DNA from: Oligoflexia bacterium
GTDB taxonomy: Bacteria; Bdellovibrionota; UBA1018; CAIMNF01
DNA length: 17,311 bases
Direction of reading: 5' to 3'
NCBI GenBank assembly: GCA_903845155.1
Contig: CAIMWN010000287.1
Span: 1-17,311, forward strand
Shown: positions 1-7,532 of the stretch, piece after piece
Numbering within the stretch: position 1 is the first letter of the stretch
Layout: the number at the start of each line of letters is the position of its first letter
Made by a program: the position numbers and the translations under genes
Notes under the pieces: generated by a model
The model's input: the letters and a program-made list of their open reading frames with translations, nothing else
What the model was told of the DNA's origin: nothing
Databases searched by the model: none

Positions 1-2285
1 TCCTTGCCCGTTACAAACGCGCTAAAGGTTTTAATGTTCTCCATCCTATGGGATGGGACGCATTTGGATTGCCGGCCGAGCAATTTGCAATCAAGACCGG
101 GGTTCATCCGGCAAAGACTACCAACGCCGCCATTGAAAACTTTAGAAGGCAGCTTCAAACTCTGGGGTTCAGTTATGACTGGTCCCGAGAAGTGGCAACT
201 TGTGACCCCAAATACTACCATTGGACACAGTGGATTTTTCTGAAACTTTTAGACAAAGGTCTTGCTTACCAAACTGAAGTGGCGGTGAACTGGTGCCCGG
301 AATTAAAAACCGTTCTTGCAAACGAAGAAGTAGTGGATGGAAAATCTGAACGTGGTGGTCACCCGGTTTACCGAGTGCCAATGCGTCAGTGGATGCTTCG
401 AATAACAGAGTATGCAGAAAAATTACTTCAGGGCTTAGATCAATTGGATTGGCCCGAAGGCACTAAAGAGCTTCAGCGCAACTGGATTGGAAAAAGTGTC
501 GGCCTACAAATGAAATTTAAAGTAGACGGCGCAGAAGATTCGTTTGAAATCTTTACGACTCGTCCGGATACTCTCTGGGGAGTTTCATATATGGCCCTAG
601 CACCTGAGCATCCATTAGTGAATAAAATCACTACTGTTGCACAAAGTGCGGCGGTTAAAACATACCAATTAGAAGCTTCACAGAAATCGGAAATCGCAAG
701 ACAAGACGCTTCGAAAGAGAAAACGGGCTGTTTTACGGGCGCATTTGCAATTAATCCCGTAAACGGTGAGAAAATTCAAGTTTGGATTTCTGATTATGTG
801 CTGATGACCTACGGTACTGGAGCAGTGATGGCGGTCCCCGCTCATGACGAGCGTGATTATGAGTTCGCCAAAACATTTAACCTTTCGATTAAAACTGTGG
901 TGTCTGAAGATTTAAAGCCAGGCGCAAAGGCTAGCGTTCTAGACGGTGCATGTTTCTCTGGTGAAGGACTATCGGTAAACTCAGGTTTCATCACCGGCTT
1001 AAAAACAGAGGCGGCGACTGCAAAAGTGATCGAATGGGCAGAAAAAGAAAAAATTGGTTCACGCACGATAAAATATAAACTGCGCGACTGGCTTTTTTCT
1101 CGACAACGCTATTGGGGTGAACCTTTTCCACTCATTAAAGACGCAAGTGGAAAAATTGTTCCGCTAAAAGACCAAGACTTGCCTGTTGTTTTACCTGATG
1201 TCACTAGTTATGAACCGACCGGCACGGGCGAAAGTCCACTCGCGAGTTCAGCGCCCGAAATTAAACAGTGGCGTCAAGTGAAAGATGCGAAAACAGGTGA
1301 GACGTATTTACGTGAGACGGACACCATGCCTGGTAGTGCAGGATCATCTTGGTACTTCCTTCGTTATTGTGATCCGCACAATGACAAAGAAGCGTGGAGT
1401 AAGGATGCTGAGAAATATTGGATGCCAGTTGATTTGTATCTGGGTGGCGACGAGCATGCTGTTGGGCATTTACTCTATTCAAGGTTTTGGACTAAGGTTC
1501 TCTTCGACTGCGGCTTAGTTACGCACGATGAACCTTTTAAGAAACTCATTCATCAGGGAATGATTCTGGGTGAGGACGGCGAAAAGATGTCTAAATCACG
1601 GGGAAATGTGATTAATCCCGACGACGTAGTTAAAGAGTATGGAGCCGACACTTTAAGACTCTATGAAATGTTTATGGGTCCACTCGAAAAGGATAAGCCT
1701 TGGTCGACCACCGCGATTGAAGGTTCGTTCCGGTTTTTAAATCGGGCATACCGACTTTTCTTCAATGATGGTCGGGATGGAGCAACAGACACTTTAAAGG
1801 TCGCGGACGTGCCGATGACCAGCGATGACGAAAAGATGCTTCATCAAACCATTAAGAAAGTCACAGAAGACATTGAAGGACTCAGGTTCAATACCGGAAT
1901 TTCTCAAATGATGGTTTTCGTAAATCATTTTACAAGCAAGGAACAGCCGCCGAGAGCCGCAATGAAACCATTTATTCAATTGCTTGCACCCTATGCTCCG
2001 CACTTTTGCGAAGAAATGTGGCATGCACTGGGGGAAAAGGATTCTCTATCTTATTCACCATGGCCTGGTTTTAACCCTGAACTGGTAAAGTCAGATGTGG
2101 TGACGATCGCCGTGCAAGTATTGGGTAAACTACGCGGAACACTTGAGGTTGAACCGGGGCTCGCGCAGGCGGTATTGGAAACACAAGCTCGTAAAATTGA
2201 AAGCGTGGCCAAATTTATTGAAGGTAAAGAAGTAGTGAAGATCATTTATGTTCAAAATAAGATTTTGAATTTTGTTGTGAAATAA
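1..2285 (+). CDS. leuS: Leucyl-tRNA synthetase, 5' end truncated by the window edge
   Basis: The frame is open from position 3 (LARYKRAKGFNVLHPMGWDAFGLPAEQFAIKTG), so the ATG at 48 is internal. Class I synthetase hallmarks are present: WFLRYCDPHN, the KMSKS loop GEDGEKMSKSRGNVINPDD and the C-terminal anticodon-binding region. The stop is at 2283-2285. Confidence 0.98.
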   Translation, partial: LARYKRAKGFNVLHPMGWDAFGLPAEQFAIKTGVHPAKTTNAAIENFRRQLQTLGFSYDWSREVATCDPKYYHWTQWIFLKLLDKGLAYQTEVAVNWCPELKTVLANEEVVDGKSERGGHPVYRVPMRQWMLRITEYAEKLLQGLDQLDWPEGTKELQRNWIGKSVGLQMKFKVDGAEDSFEIFTTRPDTLWGVSYMALAPEHPLVNKITTVAQSAAVKTYQLEASQKSEIARQDASKEKTGCFTGAFAINPVNGEKIQVWISDYVLMTYGTGAVMAVPAHDERDYEFAKTFNLSIKTVVSEDLKPGAKASVLDGACFSGEGLSVNSGFITGLKTEAATAKVIEWAEKEKIGSRTIKYKLRDWLFSRQRYWGEPFPLIKDASGKIVPLKDQDLPVVLPDVTSYEPTGTGESPLASSAPEIKQWRQVKDAKTGETYLRETDTMPGSAGSSWYFLRYCDPHNDKEAWSKDAEKYWMPVDLYLGGDEHAVGHLLYSRFWTKVLFDCGLVTHDEPFKKLIHQGMILGEDGEKMSKSRGNVINPDDVVKEYGADTLRLYEMFMGPLEKDKPWSTTAIEGSFRFLNRAYRLFFNDGRDGATDTLKVADVPMTSDDEKMLHQTIKKVTEDIEGLRFNTGISQMMVFVNHFTSKEQPPRAAMKPFIQLLAPYAPHFCEEMWHALGEKDSLSYSPWPGFNPELVKSDVVTIAVQVLGKLRGTLEVEPGLAQAVLETQARKIESVAKFIEGKEVVKIIYVQNKILNFVVK

Positions 2286-2303
2286 GAACCCAAAGGAGAA
2301 TTC

Positions 2304-2891
2304 ATGATTTTAAGTGACGTTGAAATTCGCAAGGAAATGGAAAAAGGAACGATCAAAGTCGAACCGTTTCATGAACAATGCCTGGGTACCAATAGTTATG
2401 ATGTTCACTTGGGTAAGATACTTGCTGTTTATGTGGACGACGAGCTAGACGCGAAAAAGCACAATACGATTAGAAAATTTGAGATTCCGCCCGAAGGCTT
2501 TTTATTGCAACCGGATGTTTTTTATTTGGGCGTGACGCTCGAATATACAGAGACTCATGCACATGTTCCGTTTTTAGAGGGAAAATCAAGCACAGGGCGT
2601 CTCGGCATTGATATTCATGCAACTGCCGGAAAGGGTGATGTTGGATTCTGTAATTTCTGGACACTCGAAATTTCTGTACGTAAACCCGTCCGCGTTTACG
2701 CGGGTATGCCCATTGGCCAATTAATTTACTTTGTAGTGAACGGTACTGTAGAGACCCTTTACAACAAAAAACCAAATGCTAAGTACAACCAACGAGCTCC
2801 CGAGCCAGTTGAATCCATGATGTGGAAGAATTTAAATTCCCCGTCCGGTAAAGTTTGGCTCGAGACAGAAATGAATCGGAAGGATAAATAA
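2304..2891 (+). CDS. dcd: dCTP deaminase
   Basis: Motifs: LGTNSYDVHLG, FLEGKSSTGRLGIDIHATAGKGDVGFCNFWTLE and VYAGMPIGQLIYF. An AAAGGAG ribosome-binding site sits upstream at about 2291-2297. Confidence 0.95.
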   Translation: MILSDVEIRKEMEKGTIKVEPFHEQCLGTNSYDVHLGKILAVYVDDELDAKKHNTIRKFEIPPEGFLLQPDVFYLGVTLEYTETHAHVPFLEGKSSTGRLGIDIHATAGKGDVGFCNFWTLEISVRKPVRVYAGMPIGQLIYFVVNGTVETLYNKKPNAKYNQRAPEPVESMMWKNLNSPSGKVWLETEMNRKDK

Positions 2892-2892
2892 T

Positions 2893-3612
2893 ATGAAGAA
2901 CTGTATCATCGTTTTCTTATTGATTGCCTCAATACATACCGCTTATGCAGATGATTCTGCGGCCACGCTTAAAAATGAATCGGAAGCAGGAGTAGTGGTC
3001 ACCGGCGGAAACACGCAAACCGATACCATTTCACTGAAGGAAAAAACGGCGTACGAATGGAATAAGAATATTGTAAAGTTTGGTGCAAACTTCTTAACAA
3101 CTTCCAATGCCGGAAATCAACAGGCCTACCAGTGGGGCCTTGGCCTTCGTTATGAACGCGAGTTATCAGATCAAATTGGTATCTTCCTTGGTCAAGCCGT
3201 GGAAAGTAATAAGTATCAAGGTATCCTTCAGCGCTACAATTCAGACTTAGGTGGCAGATATACTTTTGTAAAAACAGAACAGTTTAAGTGGGCCTCGGAG
3301 TTAGGTTATCGTTTTACTCGTGAGAATTACACCTTGGATGGCTTCAAAAATATAAACTTTTTGCGACTTTATAACGAGCTGGAGAGAATGTTTACGAAAA
3401 CATTTACGATCAAGTGGTGGATTGAGTTTCTACCTAATATTACCACTTCTGAGGCCTATCAGCTCAACACAGAGCTTTCGGGTAGTGCTGCTATATCAGA
3501 AATGTTTTCGATGAAGGCGGGTTATTTGATTAAGTACAACAATCAACCACCTGTTGGGGCTATTTACAAAACAGATTCCATGTTTACCACTGCCCTCGTC
3601 GCTAAGTTCTAG
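2893..3612 (+). CDS. DUF481-family (YdiY-like) outer membrane protein
   Basis: Signal peptide MKNCIIVFLLIASIHTAYA. The remainder is typical of DUF481 beta-barrels: AGVVVTGGNTQTDTISLKEKTAYEW, LGLRYERELSDQIG, LGYRFTRENYT, and a terminal Phe (TTALVAKF). Confidence 0.8.
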   Translation: MKNCIIVFLLIASIHTAYADDSAATLKNESEAGVVVTGGNTQTDTISLKEKTAYEWNKNIVKFGANFLTTSNAGNQQAYQWGLGLRYERELSDQIGIFLGQAVESNKYQGILQRYNSDLGGRYTFVKTEQFKWASELGYRFTRENYTLDGFKNINFLRLYNELERMFTKTFTIKWWIEFLPNITTSEAYQLNTELSGSAAISEMFSMKAGYLIKYNNQPPVGAIYKTDSMFTTALVAKF

Positions 3613-4583
3613 AAACAATGCCCTAAACTCACTAAGCCATTGGTTCCATCAAGTCCCTCATAATTCGCGGTCCCGCATCCGGTGAATACGAGCGTCTCTG
3701 TCGTTCCATTCATTTTTGCCCCTAGTGTGCTCGGGGTTACTCCACTGATTGTTGAAAAAGTGGTCGTAATGGTACCAGAGGTTGGAGTACAGCACCCAGC
3801 CTTGAATGCAACATTAGTGAAGCTAGATGATGCTTTGAGATGTGCCAAATTATGAAATGTGATGACCGTTCCCGAAGTAATTGTATTACCGTTTGAAATC
3901 ACGAGAGGCGATCCACCTGCATTAGTGGTCACTGTGTGTCTGAATCGGGTACTATTTAAATTTAATCCAGCGATCGCAATCTGTGTCCTGAGGCCTCCTG
4001 AAAAACTCACCGTTGTTCCTCCGCTATACACATTTCCATCTGCAGCCGTGGCGGCGCCGGTGGTATCAATGATTACGCCTACACCTGCTGCTGATGTACG
4101 CGAAGTGCCTAAGGAAAAAGTTCGAGTAACACTAGACATGGCACTCGGGAATGCGCTTCCACAAACGGGAGTCGCGCCCGTAAATGCCACAAACTGTGTT
4201 CCGTTCCAAACGGCAGCTGAAGATGAATAACTACAATTCGAATAAGTGAGGGTTGCAGTGTTTGCAGATACAGAGCAGTTAGCAACGGTACCACTCGCAA
4301 TCGTCGGACACGTAGTTCCGGCTTCTGCGTTTTTAAGCGGCAAAAATGCATCTAAGAATGAGCACATTTTTGATTCAGATTTCTGATCGATCCAAAAGTT
4401 TGCCAATGTGCCACCTGAGGAGCCATTAGCTGCACCACCCACTGCTGCGGCAACGGTCCCCGAAGTAGATGCATCATCCGTAGATGCTGCGGTCGTGGCT
4501 TTGCCACAAGCAGATGTGAATCCAATGAGGATGGTTAAAGATAGAAAAGATAGAATAGTCTGAAAATTCGTAATAAAATACAT
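3609..4583 (-). CDS. Hypothetical exported protein or lipoprotein, Ser/Thr/Gly-rich with several Cys
   Basis: The N-terminus MYFITNFQTILSFLSLTILIGFTSACG is signal-like with a weak lipobox (TSAC). An AGAGG Shine-Dalgarno sequence lies 5 nt upstream of the ATG at 4583. The ORF track starts at a GTG at 4589 that abuts this Shine-Dalgarno sequence. No family recognised. Confidence 0.65.
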   Translation of the reverse strand: MYFITNFQTILSFLSLTILIGFTSACGKATTAASTDDASTSGTVAAAVGGAANGSSGGTLANFWIDQKSESKMCSFLDAFLPLKNAEAGTTCPTIASGTVANCSVSANTATLTYSNCSYSSSAAVWNGTQFVAFTGATPVCGSAFPSAMSSVTRTFSLGTSRTSAAGVGVIIDTTGAATAADGNVYSGGTTVSFSGGLRTQIAIAGLNLNSTRFRHTVTTNAGGSPLVISNGNTITSGTVITFHNLAHLKASSSFTNVAFKAGCCTPTSGTITTTFSTISGVTPSTLGAKMNGTTETLVFTGCGTANYEGLDGTNGLVSLGHCF

Positions 4584-4695
4584 GCGCACCTCTCATTCTA
4601 GAATACCTATTTAGAAAGAAGTGGGCAATAGATCAAAGTTGCCGAGTAAGTGTGCGAATACTCAATGGTACTTCAAATACAACACATTTAGTTCA

Positions 4696-5559
4696 TTAAA
4701 GATCTGGTGCGACATCGGGGGTAACTGCCGCAGGCGCTGGAACCGCTTTAGTAGCGGAGGCTGGTGCTCTACTTGGATCCTCAGTTGGTACAGCTTCTGC
4801 GGTTGCAGGCGCTGTGACTGGAGTGGTTACAGCTGGGTCCTGTGTGGTTTCAGGATTCTGCGTAATATTACTATTGAGGGGATTTACTTGTCCGGAGCCC
4901 GCGATCGTAGGCGCAAGCGAAATTCCGTATTTTGAAAAAACAGAAGTAGTGGTGACTTGGCCGTTCGTTTTTTGAACTTGAACCCATGGTTCTAAATCTG
5001 AACGCGAATTCTGAACAAAATTGAGGGTACTATCAGGCGTTGGATTCACCTTTTTGAAAAACACCCATTCAGATATTTTTGAATAATAGAGTGCTGCCCA
5101 ACGGAGGTATCTTGAATCTTTATAAACATCAACGTAGGCATTCGCGATGGGGCCCAAAAATCCAAAAGTATCCAAAACCTTTTTCTGACGAGTATTCCAG
5201 GTGGTGTCTCCTTGAATGGTGTCTTGTAGTTTTGAAATTTTAGCATAAAAACACCAGTGCATGCGCTCTGGGTCTTGAGTCACTAACTCTACTGCGCCTT
5301 TTCTAATGTCATCTTTCGATGTGGTGAGTTGACTAAGTTTCTTAAACTCATCGTCACAAGTATCGCCGAATTCCCCAAGCACACCCTTGGGCGCTAAAGG
5401 GCTGAAAAAAATGGCTTTGAGGTCAGCTAGTTCAAATCCCGCTGGATGTGGCACTTTTACATACTCGGGCACCTCAGGCAGCGGAATCTTTTCAGATACC
5501 GTTACTGTGCTTGAGCACCCTGCCAAAAGCATCAAACTAAAAATGCCGTATAGTCTCAT
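4696..5559 (-). CDS. Hypothetical lipoprotein with a C-terminal Pro/Ala/Thr-rich tail
   Basis: MRLYGIFSLMLLAGCSS is a classic lipoprotein signal with an LAGC lipobox. A GAGG Shine-Dalgarno sequence precedes the ATG at 5559. The track's extra 49 N-terminal residues are unlikely to be real. The tail is VTTPVTAPATAEAVPTEDPSRAPASATKAVPAPAAVTPDVAPDL. Confidence 0.75.
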   Translation of the reverse strand: MRLYGIFSLMLLAGCSSTVTVSEKIPLPEVPEYVKVPHPAGFELADLKAIFFSPLAPKGVLGEFGDTCDDEFKKLSQLTTSKDDIRKGAVELVTQDPERMHWCFYAKISKLQDTIQGDTTWNTRQKKVLDTFGFLGPIANAYVDVYKDSRYLRWAALYYSKISEWVFFKKVNPTPDSTLNFVQNSRSDLEPWVQVQKTNGQVTTTSVFSKYGISLAPTIAGSGQVNPLNSNITQNPETTQDPAVTTPVTAPATAEAVPTEDPSRAPASATKAVPAPAAVTPDVAPDL

Positions 5560-5692
5560 AAAATTGATCCTCGCCATTATCCTTATCGTCAAAATATTGA
5601 ATAACGTTAATTTTTTGTCGGATCTTTTTACTAAGTTAATAAGTTTCAAGGATTTAGCCAGTGTGTCCGAAAGGCTCTTTGTGAAGAACTCT

Positions 5693-6829
5693 ATGAAGAC
5701 AATCAATAGTAGCAGTACAAAGTTGGCAGGCGCAGTATTGTTGTTATTTTTAAGCTCAATTCCTAGTGTTTTTGCACAAAAAACGCAAGGTGAGGAGCAG
5801 CCACCTACCCCCAGTTCCAGTGCAAGTGGTGCAAGAAACTTCTATCAAGTGCTGGATGAAGTCCTTTCTGATTTTGAATACGATCTGAAAGCAGGCCAAG
5901 TGATTGGGCTAAAAGATCTCTCTATCAGAAATGTCGTCATGAGTGAAAATATCCCTCCTTCATTTAAATCACATCTAGAACTTTTGGTCTCCGAGCGCAT
6001 TTTAAAAACGACTAAAACGAGAATTGTACACTGTCTCGCCTGTAAGTCTAAAAAGGCAACACTCAATGGAGACAATATGGTGATTTCATCACCAGAATCA
6101 AATTCTTCCGAGCTCCAAAGAATTGCCAAAATGAATGGCATTCAAAACTTTATGGATATCGCTTTCGCCTATCAACCCACGGGCGTGCTTTTATCTTTTA
6201 CCATCTCAGATACAGAAACAGGCACCATGCTTTGGTCTCACAGTTATAATTCTGAGGGCACCCGCGCAGCAGCCCAGCGCCGTGGAGTTGATTTTCAAGA
6301 GCTAGAAGAAGCTAAGGCAAAAATGGAATATCAACCCACCATTCAAATGAAGCCAACGCTCTATACGGTGTTCGCTCCTAAAGCTAACTCTGGTTATGCA
6401 ACGGCTCTTGGATTCGGATTTAGAATGATGGAACGATATGACAATAGGAAAAAAGAAGTTGGATTTGAAATGAATTACTACAAGGACATTCCGTCACTGG
6501 TCGGAGAACCCGGTGCCTCTGCTGATAAAAATAATATTTATACTGGGTTAAACCTCACTTTCCTGTTTATGCATGGATGGGGCTTGTTTGGGGCAGAAGA
6601 GAATTACAATAAAGCGCGTGGAGTTGTTTATGGCGGTATCGGTGGCACGTACGCTTCAGGCTTTCTGGGTGGCCTCATTCGTGGTGCCTATGAGTGGCGC
6701 TTGGCGAAACATTGGGCGGTAACCACCTTTCTTGGTTATCGACCTCAGGCTACTTTGGTTATTTCTTCATCATCAACTGCACCCCTTACGGGTGTAGAAG
6801 GAGGACTCGGTGTTGGATTCCTATTCTAA
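5693..6829 (+). CDS. Exported protein with probable C-terminal outer-membrane beta-barrel; first gene of the motor-like cluster
   Basis: The start at 5693 gives signal peptide MKTINSSSTKLAGAVLLLFLSSIPSVFA. The N-terminal domain contains SERILKTTKTRIVHCLACKS and SFTISDTETGTMLWSHSY, which loosely resembles CsgG/FlgO-type domains. The C-terminal half has alternating aromatic/glycine segments and ends in GVGFLF. The track start at 5387 would overlap the divergent lipoprotein gene and lacks a signal peptide. Confidence 0.75.
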   Translation: MKTINSSSTKLAGAVLLLFLSSIPSVFAQKTQGEEQPPTPSSSASGARNFYQVLDEVLSDFEYDLKAGQVIGLKDLSIRNVVMSENIPPSFKSHLELLVSERILKTTKTRIVHCLACKSKKATLNGDNMVISSPESNSSELQRIAKMNGIQNFMDIAFAYQPTGVLLSFTISDTETGTMLWSHSYNSEGTRAAAQRRGVDFQELEEAKAKMEYQPTIQMKPTLYTVFAPKANSGYATALGFGFRMMERYDNRKKEVGFEMNYYKDIPSLVGEPGASADKNNIYTGLNLTFLFMHGWGLFGAEENYNKARGVVYGGIGGTYASGFLGGLIRGAYEWRLAKHWAVTTFLGYRPQATLVISSSSTAPLTGVEGGLGVGFLF

Positions 6830-7532
6830 ATTTTATAGCGCTCTCATTGCATTGCTGATCGTATCAGCATGTTCAACCGCACAAAGTGTGCAGGAAAAAG
6901 AACAATCACGTATTGAAAATCCCTTTGGAAACTACAATCAAGAAACCAACGACCCAAGTCGCAATATTACTTTTAGAAGTAAAAAAGGTGATCAGGCATT
7001 GGAACTCGAGTTCCCCGAAAAAGGCAACTCCGACATGGTGATTCCGATGAATTCAAAATATCAAAACAACGAACGCACCTCTATCGCTGGAACGGACGAA
7101 GTAGATTATCAATACAAAGACCGCAAGCCTAGCATGGCTGACCGTGAAATTGCCTCCACATTTGGTGGTTCGAAAAATCTTGAAGATGAGTCCAAAAGGC
7201 ATGAGATTGAACAAAATTTAGGATTACAGCCAAGCGACGAAGCTCCCAATATGGATGAAAGCTATCTTGCAAAACTCGACGTAGTAAAACAACTTTTTAG
7301 AACGAAACGTTATGAAGCAGCCATGATTGAGATAGACCAATTGGTTAAGTCTTATCCGACCAATAGCCGTCTCTACGAAATGCGGGGAACACTTTTAGAT
7401 CGCATGGGTTATCAAGACCTTGCGTTACGCTCGTGGAAACAAGCGATAGAGCTTGATCCAACGCGAGTGACATTAAAGAAGACTATCGAAAAACGTGAGC
7501 AACAAAGAAGTGTTGCGTCTGAGAGGAAGTAA
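6810..7532 (+). CDS. Lipoprotein with C-terminal TPR-like repeats
   Basis: Lipobox in SALIALLIVSACSTAQ. TPR-like segment VKQLFRTKRYEAAMIEIDQLVKSYPTNSRLYEMRGTLLDRMGYQDLALRSWKQAIELDPT. A perfect AAGGAGG at 6798-6804 precedes the GTG at 6810 (or the TTG at 6813), inside the end of the upstream gene. Confidence 0.8.
   Translation: MLDSYSKFYSALIALLIVSACSTAQSVQEKEQSRIENPFGNYNQETNDPSRNITFRSKKGDQALELEFPEKGNSDMVIPMNSKYQNNERTSIAGTDEVDYQYKDRKPSMADREIASTFGGSKNLEDESKRHEIEQNLGLQPSDEAPNMDESYLAKLDVVKQLFRTKRYEAAMIEIDQLVKSYPTNSRLYEMRGTLLDRMGYQDLALRSWKQAIELDPTRVTLKKTIEKREQQRSVASERK

Noticed and set aside
1261-1518. Antisense ORFs within leuS (1261..1482 and 1285..1518)
   Set aside because: One is antisense and the other is out of frame. 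Both lie inside the confidently coding leuS gene and have no independent support.
3859-4230. 123-aa + strand ORF
   Set aside because: It is wholly antisense to the 3609-4583 gene, which has a signal sequence and a Shine-Dalgarno site. The + strand ORF has no export or domain signature.
4621-4935. 104-aa + strand ORF
   Set aside because: It is mostly antisense to the end of the well-supported lipoprotein gene at 4696-5559 and has a cysteine/tryptophan-rich composition without family features.
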